Positions 1 to 12,725 of a stretch of 64,000 nucleotides of DNA are shown here, piece after piece (positions within the stretch are counted from its first letter, which is position 1; every line of letters starts with the position of its first letter). The translations under genes were made by a program, and so were the position numbers. This DNA comes from Squalus acanthias (lineage: Eukaryota). The stretch spans positions 36,518,001-36,582,000 of the forward strand of contig CM059449.1 of NCBI GenBank assembly GCA_030390025.1, written 5' to 3'. The notes beneath the pieces were generated by a model. The model was not told the origin of the DNA. It made no database searches and saw only the letters and a list, made by a program, of their open reading frames with translations.

Positions 1-42
1 CCGCCAACCCTCACCTCACTCCCCCCACGACCCTATTTGCAG

Positions 43-932
43 CAAACTTGGTGGCCATTGTGATTCTCTCCCGGGGAAAGTGCGGCCTCTCGAAATGCAT
101 CACTATTTATCTGGTGGCCATGGCAGCGGCAGATCTACTGGTCCTGATATTTGATGTGGTCCTGTATGAGATGAATGAAATTTATTTCCCGGATTCATTC
201 CTGGACTACACTCCGGTCTGCAGTATGAATTTGTTCCTGATTTTTGCTTCTATTGAATGTTCTGTCTGGTTTACTGTCGCTTTCACCTTTGATCGATTTG
301 TCGCCATCTGTTGCCAGAAAATAAGGACTCAATATTGCAACGAAAAAACTGCGGCGGTGGTTGTAGCAACCATATCGGGGCTGAGCATTTTGGAAAACAT
401 CCACATTTACTTTACTTTAGAACCTCGCGTAATAATTGACAATTTACCGTGGTTCTGTGATGTGAAATCAAGCTCCTATACTGTACCTATATGGGTTACA
501 TTCATATGGCTTGACATAGTTTTAATGCCTTTTATTCCGTTTCTTTTGATTCTGATATTCAATGGTCTCACCATCCGGCACATTCTTCTGACAAGTAGAA
601 TCAGGAGGGGTCTCCGAAGCAGCGACAGTGACCCAGAAATGGACAACCGCAGGAAATCCATCGTTTTACTGCTTGTCATATCTGGCACTTTTATAATGTT
701 ATGGACGGTAACTTTTATTCATTATATCTGTGCACAAATTACAGAAATTCAATATTTGCACACAGATTACAGTAATCCTTTCACCATCATGGAACAAACT
801 GGATATATGCTGCAACATTTGAGTTCCTGCACAAATACCATTATTTATGCAGTGTCCCAGACTAAATTCAGAGAGGAGTTAAAGATTCTGATTCAATATC
901 CCCTGTCTCTAATTACTAAGTTAAGGAAATAA
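43..932 (+). CDS. Terminal coding exon of a GPR139/GPR142-like orphan class A GPCR (N-terminus/TM1 start lies upstream of the window)
   Basis: Acceptor ctatttgcAG at 41-42, then an open frame to TAA 930-932. TM2 YLVAMAAADLLVL, TM3 SVWFTVAFTFDRFVAIC (DRF), TM7 CTNTIIY and helix 8 KFREEL. The SVW-x-T...DR...C pattern resembles GPR139/142. Confidence 0.88.
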
Positions 933-1444
933 TTGAAAGGTCTGAGTCTAACCAGAACTGACTACAGAGAATTGAGACTCGCTTCCATCTTAATTCAGCA
1001 ACACGGGCAGCAGACGATCAGCCGCCTTTTATTCGCCCAACACGATGTTACTTTCGGTAGAGTTTAATGGAGAGGAAAGTCGGAGTGGGGGTGGGGGGGG
1101 GGGGTGTAATGAGCGCCCGACCTGCTCCCGCCTGTTTTGCGCCGCGCCTGAAAGTGAATTTCACCCCCGGTCGGTGGAACTTTCCCCTCTGGCGGGAGCG
1201 AGGTCAATGGAAGGAGATTCGGGCGGCGTTTATAAACAACAGGCGATCCAATTCTCCCCGTTTTACTCCACTCCGGCGTAGAAAGTTCGCTTAAAATATT
1301 CCCTAAATCTATTTGTAGTTATGTGACATTTTAACTTTCAACATGCCGCTGGAGCCTGAAACGGGTTTGCAGATTGTCCACCGGTGATCGAAACCTTCTT
1401 ATACTCATTCCCATTGTAAACACAGGGTTAGCAGCAGAGATCCC

Positions 1445-2172
1445 GGGCCTGAATTTGCGGTAGGAGGCTTCCCGCAGGCGGATGCCTCCGAACTGCAATT
1501 AAGCTACGCAGCTACCTGGAACCACGGAGACTCGCGCTCCTGGGCCTCTACCCGTACGCCTGCCTGGAGGACCACGTATCGCAGGGGCGCAATCGGTTCA
1601 CAGGCGTTCCTGGGTTCACGTAGGCCAGCCCAACCAATCCGAAAAGGGATTCCCATTATGCTTATGGAGATTCTATTTACGTACAGATTCCCGATAAGTT
1701 TGGTAGGAATCACCGAAAATCACATGTACACAACCTTGAAAAAAAAATCGTTACACGTTTAAAATTAATTAAAATACAATTTCATTAAACAATTTCAATT
1801 TAAAACAAAAATGTAATTTTTTGAAATATAAATTGAAACAGTTCTAAGGAACCAAAAATAACACAAACTTATTTTACAGGTTTTGGAATGTTAAAACGAT
1901 TCCAAAAAAAAATGTGTAATATTTATTTTCACCCTTATGCTGGTAAAAGAAGACCGTGCGCCTGCTTTTACCAGTCATAAGAGTTTCATGGGCATTCGCT
2001 GAGCAAGATTTGGGCAAATAGCCAACTCTCCGCCCACGAATGTGCATTTCCTGCGCATGAATCTTGACAGTTCGCAAGTTCAGGATTTTCACGCATGCGC
2101 AGCCCATATGTAAACCTGGAACTTGCGAGGCACGAACGGCCACGTACACACCACGTACGCAGTCATAGGCGA
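1445..2172. mobile_element. Non-autonomous DNA transposon (MITE), PIF/Harbinger-like, same family as 55121-55897
   Basis: Left end GGGCCTGAATTTGCG, GC-rich arms around an AT-rich core, and shared motifs with the 55121 copy (aggcttcccgc, ccaatc, gcatgcgc). The right TIR is degenerate. Confidence 0.55.
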
Positions 2173-4204
2173 CAGAACAGCCAGGCTATTATATTGGCCT
2201 CGCTCCCTTCAGTTACAGAGGAGAAGAGGCCTCGGAATTTGCTCCGGACCACTGTGTTGGCGATGCTGCTGGTGAAATGTGAGTGTGTGGACAGGATTGG
2301 GCTCGGCTGTGTTTCCAGTAATTGAACAGTGTTTCCACAGTCACTGTTTCTGCTCACAAGTGGAGACTGTTTACCTGAGGTCAATGTCGGAGCCAAGCTT
2401 TCAGGAGATGAGGGTAGAACATTGAAAATGAAATCAAGTTTGTGCTTATTAGGAATGTATTAATAGTAACAAAACTTATTTTTAAAATCCCTGGCGTGCC
2501 TTTATTCCGCACCGCTGTGATGTAATATCTAAAGCGCCAGCTTGTGCAATTGTAGATGAGATTTGACAAAGTTCCTTCAATGTTAAGCAAGTTAGTAATA
2601 TTCTAATAAAGTGACTGAAACATTAATCAGGGGTGAAATGTTGATGCCAATAGAGTTGTTTCAGTAATAAAGCAATTGATCCACGATGATTATTCCTGCG
2701 TCTTCTTGGATCCAATGCAAATCTCACGATGGAAACTTTCAGGTTCTGTTGAAACAACATTGTAATCTAGGGAGTGAAACACAAATGTTAGAAAATCCAG
2801 AGATGATGGTGCAGAGCACAGTACAGAGAATGCACTGACTTGTTCATTAACTTTTCATGGTTCTTCCCCTTACATGTAGCTCAGTGGCAGTTAGTTTGGT
2901 GCACAGGAGCAGCGGGCCTAAAGGGCGGTCAATTCTCACAGCCCTCGCCCGGAGTAAACGGAGTAAATGGCCTCCAAATGGGGCCGGTAGCCTTATCCTC
3001 CCGCTGACGTTGTGAAGGCTCCAATCAGTTCCACAGGGGATGGAACCGAAGAGACTTGCTTGTACTGCCGGGCTGCAGAGTCAGTATCGCCCAATTTAAA
3101 CTACCACCCACGGCAAATTTATACCCCCATGGGTGTCATTGTATTTGTTGGCGTTCATGTGAACAGGATATCGGATCGGGTATCTGTTATACACCTCCCA
3201 AGTTGTACTTTCCGTGAAGTCTGAACGGACGGCTGATCCGATAACGCCTGTTTTACATTATCTCCAAATCTGAAAATGACTCCCAATGACTCTCCTCCCT
3301 GTCTTGCCCCTATGAAGGTGCCATGACCGCAGTAGACACGGGCAATATTTGCCCTAATGATGCACTCTGGGAACTCAAATCTGTCGGAAGGTGTTTAAAA
3401 CCTGGGAGTTCTAGTCCACTTTGTAATCTTCTGATTATATTTCCATCTTTTACCTCATTGCCACTCGGAAACCATTTACATCTCCACCTTAGATTTGGTT
3501 TGAAAGAATATTCTGAAGGAGGCAGTCTCACTGTACTTCACCTGGTAGTCAGGTGGGGTCCTGAGTCTGGAATTCCACGAAAACATCCGGCGTTAAGCCA
3601 AACCAGTCCTTAGGGATCCAAAGGCTGCAGTGTGAATGTGGCTTATTCGAAGAGAAGGTAAATGTTCTAATGCAAAATCAGGAAGGTTATTAAACCTCTA
3701 TCACTGGAAGCGGATTCCGCAGCCTTACAACCCTCTGTGAAAAGAATCGTCACCTACCCTCTGTTCTAAATCTCTAAAATTTAACCTGGTATCTATAAAT
3801 CCTCCAGCTTGATCCTCAACTAATGGACACAGTCTGCTTCTATCTACCCTGAGTTATTCTTTCATCATTTTAAACACTTCTATTATATCACCCATAATAT
3901 GCATTGTTGAATAAAAATGCGCATTTTCCAAGTCTTTCTCTGCATTTGTGTTTCCTTCTTTCGGGCAGCATCTTAGTGAATCCACCTTGTAGCTTCTCGA
4001 AAGCTAAAGATCCCCCATATTGCGTGAAATTCAATACTGCACACATTGCTCTAACTCAGGTCTTACTAAGGTTTTATAGAGGCTCATAGTTATTAATTGG
4101 CTGTTAGGTTCTATACCTCCTGTGATTAAATATAGAATTCCATTAGTAAACTTTCCCTCGATAAAATTCCAGTTGTTCTTACACAAGTTAATAAATGAAC
4201 CATT

Positions 4205-4612
4205 TTAATCCCACTCCAGAGACTTGAGCACAAAAATCTAGACTGACACTCCAGTGAAGTACTAAGGAGTGCCACACTGTCGAGGGTGGCGTCTTTCGGA
4301 GGAGACATTAAATCGATGCCCCGTGTGCCTCTCAAGTGGACGTAAAAGATCCCATGGCACTATCTCCAAGAAGAGCAGAGAAGATCACTCCGGTTTCCTG
4401 GCCAATATTTATCCCGCATTCAACAACATTAAAAACAGGTTATCTGATCATTATCACACCGTTCTTTGTGGGAACTTGCTGTGCGCAAATTGGCTGCTGC
4501 GTTTCCTACATTGCAACAGTGACTGCACTTAAAAAGAAAGTACTTCATTGACTGTAAAGCGCTTTGGGACGTCCTGAGGTCGTGAAAGGTGCACGATATA
4601 AACGCATTTTTT
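4205..4612 (+). mobile_element. tRNA-derived Deu-domain SINE (SacSINE1/AmnSINE-like), 5' truncated
   Basis: cccactccagagacttgagcac head remnant, Deu core ...AAAGATCCCATGGCACT...CCTGGCCAATATTTATCCC, and tail ctttgggacgtcctgaggtcgtgaaagg. Near-identical to the copies at 16135 and 38100. Confidence 0.75.
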
Positions 4613-5764
4613 TCTTTTTTTCTTTATAACAGATATTTTAAATTCAAATATAATTCTGGGGCAGGACAAATGATGTTCTGCAAAGCCGCTGTGTAATAAT
4701 TTTACAAACAAGAGTGTAACATTATTCACTCGCCTTACCTCTCCATTTTCTCCTCCAAATATAGATTAACACGATAACATTAGCCAGCGATACCAGTACA
4801 CACACGACAATCAGCCCCACATGCTTGTCTTTCTCTACTTTTCCTTCTGAAAAAGATTAGCAAGGGTTGTATAATTATATGTGCGGATTGACAGTTTTAT
4901 ATACAATCTGTGGAAACCTATGGCCCTGCTCATGGTAATTAGGATGATGTGCTACTTTCTATGGACAGTATCCCCACACCATATAGTGCACAATGAATTA
5001 TTTCACTAAGGTGGAGCTAGGTCTCTTTAAAACCACAAAGTTCACTTTTGTGAATAAACACAGGTTCTGGTCAACGAGAGGTGGTCAGGCTGTAAAGGTG
5101 ACTGGGGGTTGGTGAGGGAAGAAGCAGTGGCTGTGAAGAGTGAAGCATGGTCTGTGGACTGATCGTGGCTGGGCCAGCGATAAGAATGTGCTGCTGGGAG
5201 GCTAATGTAAAAGGGTTGTGGTCGTGGTGCCCAGCGAGGCAGGGGGTAAGCTAGCTGTCCCCTCCTCCCCAACCCCCCATGGATCGCTGACTGAGGGGAG
5301 CCAGGTAGGAAAGCGGCAGAGGCCTGTGTCTGCGGGCCTGGTGAAAGGAGCAATATGAGGGGTAAGGAATGGCAGTTGAATAGATTATGCCACTATGCCA
5401 GCTCCCAGGGGTGTGGATCGAGCTTCTGACCGTCCCCACATGTCCGTGTGATGGAAGGCGGCTCAAGGTGCAAAGTTTACATTTAATTCACGGAGCAAAA
5501 TGTTTATCTGCTTTTTCTTATCTGCAGCAACATGGCTGCAGTCTCAAAAACCCAGAATGCCCCACAGTGACACTCAGTGGTCAGAGTCTGTAACTGCATA
5601 CAGACTCAATTTTTTTTAACGTTCATTCTCAATATACTGCAAGTTCAGCTTTGTGGTATCGTTTAACAATAGGCGGCACCTTATCATTTTCAATCTGTCA
5701 CCTAATGTAATATTAGATTGGGGAAGCAGCTTTGGAATCTTGACCACACTCAGCATTTCCAAAA

Positions 5765-6254
5765 TAGACAGATAGAAATCCAGATACAGCGACAGAGAGA
5801 CAAAAAGTAGGAGAGAGAGAGAGTGACAGTGAGAGAGACAGATAGAGAGACNNNNNNNNNNNNNNNNNNNNNNNNNNNNNNNNNNNNNNNNNNNNNNNNN
5901 NNNNNNNNNNNNNNNNNNNNNNNNNNNNNNNNNNNNNNNNNNNNNNNNNNNNNNNNNNNNNNNNNNNNNNNNNNNNNNNNNNNNNNNNNNNNNNNNNNNN
6001 NNNNNNNNNNNNNNNNNNNNNNNNNNNNNNNNNNNNNNNNNNNNNNNNNNNNNNNAGAGATNNNNNNNNNNNNNNNNNNNNNNNNNNNNNNNNNNNNNNN
6101 NNNNNNNNNNNNNNNNNNNNNNNNNNNNNNNNNNNNNNNNNNNNNNNNNNNNNNNNNNNNNNNNNNNNNNNNNNNNNNNNNNNNNNNNNNNNNNNNNNNN
6201 NNNNNNNNNNNNNNNNNNNNNNNNNNNNNNNNNNNNNNNNNNNNNNNNNNNNNA
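5765..6254. repeat. (AG)n/(AGAC)n microsatellite running into assembly gaps
   Basis: gagagagagaga/gacagataga runs next to N blocks 5852-6055 and 6062-6254. Confidence 0.8.
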
Positions 6255-7454
6255 TGAAACGGTGTATATGCAGCTTATAAAACTGACCTTTAGTGATCCG
6301 ATTGTCTAATTGAAGGGATTGTCATAAACAACTGCGACCTGCACAGGTTGGGCCACAACATCTGGAAATTGCCCTCAGCAGAGGATCGGCGCAGTAACCG
6401 ATCAGAATTACATTTCCAGATCAGAAGGATCATCCTACCTGTTCCCCTCAGGGAGGCACCTTTCCATGGAGAGACCTGAATGAGCAGCACCGTTATCTAT
6501 TAAACAATTTTTGGTAGATGTTCACTGCGCCGCTCTGGTGTGAACCTGCCCCTGTGGATCACCGGCCTTGTCACAGAAACTGCCCGCTTTTTATTCCCAT
6601 TGGAGGCAACTCCGGTTTTACACCGGGCGGCAGGTTGGAAATCTACCCCGCTGTGTCTAAACCAATAGCAGAAGTTTCCCTGGAGTCATTTGTTGACCCT
6701 GTTAATCACCAACAGCAATTTATAGGCTTATCTCCTGGGGTTCCCCCTCCAGCTGTCCCAGCCTCCATTCTTGCTGCAGATTATTGCTTTCTGGGCAAAG
6801 CCCACCGCCCCCCACCTTCCCTGCCTGCAGCTCCCAGTGCACTTCGGCCCATCCCCGCCTCAGGAGCCCAGCCTCAGACTCACCCTTACCGCCAGGCCGC
6901 ATTATTTAAACCCCCTCCCCCCACTGCGCTACATTTTAATGACCTTTCCTCACAACACTTCCCCACTCCTCCTCTAATATCCCAAAGTGACCCGTCCTCT
7001 CATTCCCCAAAAGAGCAAAGAGAGAAGAGAAGCAAAAACACACTGAGGCTGAGAGGGTAATAGCTCAGCACAGAGCAAAAGTTCAGCTCAGAAACCGAGC
7101 AGAGCCATCACCACAGTGAAAGGGAACAACAATGAGAAAGCAGAAACAAAGAGTGAAGGAACAGCAAGTCATTCAAATAAAGAGTCTGATATCTGAAAGT
7201 GGGTGGTGAATGTAGATTAATCCATTCTCTAACCCAGATAGACTGGCAACAGCGATTAATTTGTTGTCCAACTCTGAGACCGTGCGGTGTGTGTGGGGTG
7301 TGGGTATGTGGTGGAGATAGACAGTAAGAAGCAATGGGAAAGATATATAGAGAAAGCAACTGTGTGAGAAGCACACACTGAGGGGTAGGTGCATATTATG
7401 GAAGAGTCAGAAGATAACAGAAATGGACTAAATGAGAGCAAGAATGATTAACAG

Positions 7455-7669
7455 TCACAGACAAGCTGAAGTACAGAGATAATAAACGTGTTGTCTGATG
7501 TATAATGTAATAGAGAGAAAGAACAAGACAGAGAAAAGTGACGGACAAGAAAAGACAGTTAGTGGGAGTGGAAGATTCCAGTTTTCCTGTTCTTGTCCAT
7601 CAGCAAAAGCACAGACGACCCAATAGTAACAAATAAACATCACTGGGAGACAGAATATCCGGTTCATTT
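7455..7669 (-). CDS. MHC class I-like gene, candidate transmembrane/cytoplasmic exon
   Basis: Polypyrimidine tract plus ctctAG acceptor (7671-7670), phase-1 compatible with alpha3. In frame it reads EMNRIFCLPVMFICYYWVVCAFA...; a shifted frame reads CLFVTIGSSVLLLMDKNRKTGIFHSH* (stop at 7561-7559). Confidence 0.55.
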
Positions 7670-7815
7670 CTAGAGAATAGAATAGAAAAGCAGGGGGGTA
7701 ATGTGCAATTTGGTTCAGTCATTCATTTCATTGATCTCTTTCTGCTCTCTATCTCTGTATGGGTGAGTGTTGCTATTATTGATGGATTGTTCAGTATCGC
7801 TGTTCATGTCCTTAC

Positions 7816-8082
7816 CCCAGGAGACTGTCTTCCCACCCGGCAAGCTGCTGTGCTCAATAAGACAGGAGTATTGTTTCCCATCATACGGATCAAATTCAAG
7901 GGTTGTCGTGAGTTGATACGTCCCATCTTCATTGGGTAATAGCCCAGTAGATTTAGTCTCAGGGACATGTTCTCCATTCTTCAACCAGGCCACGCTGATG
8001 GATTGCGGGAAAAATCCAGTCACAATGCAGTGGAGAAACCAACGATCACCAGCCCTGGCAATAACTGAGACCTCAGGGAAAA
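7816..8082 (-). CDS. MHC class I-like heavy chain, alpha3 (C1-set Ig) exon
   Basis: AG/GT-bounded 267-bp phase-1 exon: VFPEVSVIARAGDRWFLHCIVTGFFPQSISVAWLKNG...LLPNEDGTYQ...YSCLIEHSSL. These are C1-set motifs (C..TGFFP, W, PN.DGTYQ, YSC..EH.SL). Confidence 0.95.
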
Positions 8083-8310
8083 CTACATGATAGAACGACA
8101 GTTATATTCTACTTCAATAAAAGTCGCATATTTCACAATAGACTGAAGGAAGTCATTTTAACTTTTGCCACTAATGTAAAACAGGTGATGTCGGATCAGC
8201 CGCCTGTTAAAGGAGAATGGGGAGAGGTTTATAACGGAAGCTGATCCAATATCGCCAGTTCTACACTATCGCCAAACTTTAAAATTACTCCAAGTTTCTT
8301 TTGAACTTAC

Positions 8311-8586
8311 CTTGTCTGGTCAGTGATGCTTTTCCAATTGAATAGTATGTCCTCCATAAATCCACACAGTCCTTTTCTAACAAGCTCTTGAAATAAAGGT
8401 TCATCTTTGTTTCCTTATCCCATTTCACTTTGAGGGTCTGAGCTACTGGATCATGTACGGTCCAAACCAATTTGTCTTTATCGAAACTAAATGCGTATCT
8501 TCCATCATAAGCCAACTTCAAAACCCCTACACTAGGATTGGCATCATTCAGCTCACAGCCAAACAGTCCTTGAATGTAGTGAGTAC
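8311..8586 (-). CDS. MHC class I-like heavy chain, alpha2 exon
   Basis: 276-bp phase-1 exon (ttctAG...G|gtaag): THYIQGLFGCEL...AYDGR..F..DKDKLVW...AQTLKVKW...LEKDCVDLWRTYYSIGKASL. The C101-C164 pair and the H..Q...GC and AYDG motifs are present. Confidence 0.95.
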
Positions 8587-9509
8587 CTAGAACAGTAATT
8601 GAATCGATCAATAGATACATAATTATCACATCTAGTCACACCAAATATAAGAATTTCAGTTATTTTCTAGTCACTCTTTCCATTACTAAGGGTAGAAATT
8701 GAGTTTAGTGTCTAAAACAAGGTTCATCACACAGAAACATATAATTTACAGCACAGAAAGAGAACAATTGGCACCAAAGTTAAACAAAAGCTGTCTTCTG
8801 TAATATTCTTGCTATATTAGATGCTTAGAACTGCATGAATGACCCCAACAGTGTCCTAACCAATATCTTCTGTAAGTCAACATCAAGTCCCTGATGTTAT
8901 ATTCAAAGCCCCATTTAACAAAATACAGACGACGTGAAATTGGTCTTTTCCAGTAGTGCGAAATGGGCTCATAGCGAATCAGCAGCCAATTTTACACTCC
9001 AACCATTGTTCTTCTATTAACTTCAAAGATGTAAAATGGGCTGTCAATTCACCATGGCCCCAATGGAAGGGAAGATTGGGCGGAGTGTGTAATGGGTGGC
9101 CGAGCCAATATCACTCATTTTACACTGTCACCAAAAGTTAAAATTCACCCTCACATATGCAACACCACAGGAAATTGAGTAGAAAATTTAAAAATCTTAC
9201 ATCTGTGTGCAATTCCTGTCCACAAAAGCATACTTCCTATTGTCATATTTCTATTACATTTATGTTAACATTTCCATTTATAAATTCCTATGTCCACCTT
9301 TATAATGGAAGCTGCCACCGTAAGCTGGTCATGCTGTAATTACACCCTCCCACCGGTGGTGGCACTTTCGGACTTAGCTTTGCATTTCCCAGAGAAACTG
9401 CTGTGCTCCAAAAAATTCTACTTCTCAGCTTTCCAAATTAATAAATGTTGGTATTTAACTATAAATCTATCTATATTATATTAGAAATGTTATGTACTAC
9501 CTGTCCACA

Positions 9510-10495
9510 CAACGTACGCGTATAGTTTTGGTTCCTTATTTAAGGAGGGATATACTTGCATCGGAGGCAGTTCAAGAAGGTTCACTAGGTTGATTCCTGG
9601 AATGGAAGTGTTGTCTTCTGAGGAAAGGTTGAGCAGGTTAGGCCTATACTCATTGGAGTTTAAAAGAATGTCAGTTGATCTTATTGTAAAATATAAGATT
9701 TTCAGGGGGTTGGACAGGGTTGATGCTGAGAGGATGTTTTCACTCGTCAGGGAATCCAGAAGGAGGGGGCACAGTCTCAGAATAAGGGGTCGCCCATTTA
9801 CGACGGGGATGAGAGGAATTTCTTCTCTCAAGGTTCGTGAATCTTTGGAATTCTTTACCCCAGAGAGCTGTGGAAGCTGAGTAATTGATATATTCAAGGC
9901 TGAGATAGACAGATTTTTGAGCAACAGGGGAGTCAATGGTTATGGGGAGCGGGCAATAAAGTGGAGTTGAGGCCAAAATCGGATCAACCATGATCTCATT
10001 AAATGGTGGAGCAGGCTCGAGGGGCCATATGGCCTGCTCCTGCTCCTATTTCTTATTTTCTTAGTTTCTTATGTTCTTACTTCCTGTTGTCACATTTTTA
10101 TGAACCTTTTCCCATCATCAATTCCTCTGAATTCATGTTGAAAATCATGAAGGACTTGGATAGAGTGAATAAGGAGAAATTGTTTCCTGCGGCAGAGAGG
10201 TCGGTAACCAGAGCACACAGATTTATGGTAATTGGAAAAAGTACCAGAGCCGATATGAGGATTTTTTAACGCGGTGATTTGTGATAATCTGGAATGCATT
10301 ACCTGAAAAGATGCTTGAAGCAGATTCAATAGTGAATTTCAAAAGGGAATTGGATAAATACTTGAAGGGGCAACGTTGCAGGGCTATGGGGAAAGGGCAG
10401 GGGAGCGGGTCTAATTGGATAGCTTTCAAAGATCCGGCACAGGCACGAATGGGCCGAATGGCCTCTTTCTGTGCTGTATTATTCTATGATTCTAT
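9510..10495 (+). mobile_element. Two adjacent 5'-truncated CR1 LINE 3' ends (9510-10080, 10130-10495)
   Basis: ORF2 C-terminus RLSRLGLYSLEFKR...DRVDAERMF...RGHSLRIRGRPF and IWNALPE..EADS..FKRELD, plus short tandem 3' tails (ttcttatg / attctatg). Confidence 0.9.
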
Positions 10496-11490
10496 ATGTC
10501 CACATTTGAAATGGGAGTTGCCGATGTCAAGTCAGCCCGTTGCAATTGCACGCTCACTCCAGTGGTGGCGCTATTATGCCTCAGTTTTTTGTTGCCCAAC
10601 TCTTCAACATATATTTCTGGAAAACTCCCGTGTATAAACCAACTCTACTTCTCACCGTCACAATTTTCTAGTAATGTTGTTACCTAACTATAAATAACTT
10701 ACCAGAATATTAGCCAAAGCTGCCAGAATACATGCCAGAATGTATGACATTAAATTGGGGACTGATATATGTTTGCACAGCATAGGCTAACATTCCCTAT
10801 CATCCATCCTTATTACAATTGACTTTTCTCCATGGAGGTAATTTTGAATTTGGGTGAGAGTGTAAAATGGGCGATATTGGATCATCCGCCCATTTTGCAC
10901 CCCGCCTGATTTTCATATCCATAGAGGTCAATGGAAGGGAATATCAGACAAGGACTGTATTGGGTAGTCAGTTCGATATCGCTCATTTTAGACTATTGCC
11001 CAAATATAAAATTAACTCCAAATGAATAGAAAACTGCGGGCAGTGCATTATGCTTTTCTGATAAGCCACCTGCGGGATATAAGACGGCATTGTAGCCTCA
11101 AACTTACACATCTACATTAGATATCAAATATGTGCTTACCAATAGCACTGAACAAATGCAATGATATGAATAATAATCCTTCAATTAGATATTGCCAATA
11201 TAATTGAATAAACACAATATTGCCAATATGATTCAATAAATGTATTATTTCCAATGTTATTAAAAAATGTGTTATTAATATCATTCATTAAAAGTGATAT
11301 TACCATGAATGGGGTGGTTAATTTTAAATTGTGGTCATAGTGTAAAGCGGACAATATCCGGTCAGTGGCCTGTTATAAACCTCGCCCAATGGAAAGGGAA
11401 TGCGAGCGATGTGTAGAACGGGCGGTCGGTCCAATATTGGCCGTTTTACTCTTTTGCTGAAGAGTTAAAAATTACCCCAATAAACATAAT

Positions 11491-12084
11491 CGGGCAGAAA
11501 TTAGGCTCGCCATGGGTGAGTACGCGCTGTGTACTCACCCGTGGACGGAACGAACGTGCCGGTTTCTTGCATGCACTGCGCATGCGCGGGAAACCGGCAC
11601 TTCCGTTCCCCTGAAAGAAGGAGTTCAGAGGTCGAACGCGCACGCCGGAGGGCCAGCGCGTTCGCCTCGCACTTCGGGTTTTTTTACAGGTTCCTACGTG
11701 AGGGTAAGCACGGAGAAGATGCACATTGAAAAAGGAGGCGCAATGCCTTCTTTTAACAAGGTAAGTGTTGATTTTATTAACATTTAAACATTTTTTTCAC
11801 AGATTTATCTTTTTTAATTACTTTCAAGAAAGCCAAGTTTAGTTTTAGCCCTGTTAAAAAGTATAATTAACTTTTTCAAAAATTAAAATTTTTATTTAAA
11901 ATTGTTATTTTATTAAAAATTAATGTAATTTATAGTTATTTTAAAAATATGATTTTTTTTTTAATCTGTAGTTTTAGGGATGTTTTGGGGCTGATCTGTA
12001 TTCATAGATTTGACAGGTCTTCTTAGGAAGGTGTGCGTGCGATCCTTGCACCCGCGAGAAGCCAGGGAGCCGAATTTCTGGCCC
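11491..12084. mobile_element. PIF/Harbinger-like MITE
   Basis: TIRs cGGGCAGAAATTAGGCTC / GAGCCGAATTTCTGGCCC, 3-bp TSD AAT/AAT, subterminal hairpin at 11512-11542, AT-rich core. Confidence 0.7.
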
Positions 12085-12231
12085 AATTGAATAGTTACAT
12101 GTAAAATACCAGCAAAACAATTAAATAAACATAACATTACAAATACCTTTAATTAAATGTAATAATACAAATATCATTCAATAAACACTGGTGGTGGTGG
12201 GGAGGGGCGGATTTTTAACTGTTATCATTGT

Positions 12232-12725
12232 GAAATATGACCAATGCTGAATTGGCCGCACACTTTACACCATGTCCGAGCGTGGAGGAGTCCGTGTTCC
12301 ATGTATATATCGAATGTGAGAGGTTGCGGCTCCTTTTCCATTATTTGAAGGGGCTGTTCCTCGTTTTTTGGCTGCACTTCAGTCCCACGCTCCTGAACTT
12401 TGGTCACCCGGTGCGGAGGGGAGCGGACAGATCGGGGGACCTCCTGGTAGGACTGCTCCTGGCCAAAGAGGCCATCAACTGTTCCAGGCAGCGGGCGGTC
12501 GAGAGGTCGTTCGGCCCGACTGCCGACCTCTCTCCCGCGGCCACGTTCACGCCCGGGTGGCGCTGAAGATGGAGCACGCGGTTTCCGCCTGCACGCTCGT
12601 GACCTTCCGCGACCGGTGGGCACCACAGGGACTGGAGTGCATCTTCAACCCCGTAACCAAATTTTAATAAAAGTTGTTAGCTTTCCTTTAATGGTTTTTT
12701 TTTTGTTACAGTTTATTTGTTTTAT
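12232..12725 (+). mobile_element. Tx1/L1-clade LINE 3' fragment
   Basis: C..EES..H...EC zinc-knuckle-like motif, then LLFHYLKGLF...FWLHFSPTLL.FG and LAKEAI, typical of Tx1 ORF2 C-termini, followed by AATAAA and a T-rich tail. Confidence 0.65.

Noticed and set aside
6288-6497. Possible cytoplasmic-tail exon of the class I gene (minus strand, AG/GT bounded)
   Set aside because: No convincing donor links it to the TM candidate and there is no recognisable motif; it cannot be supported without transcripts.
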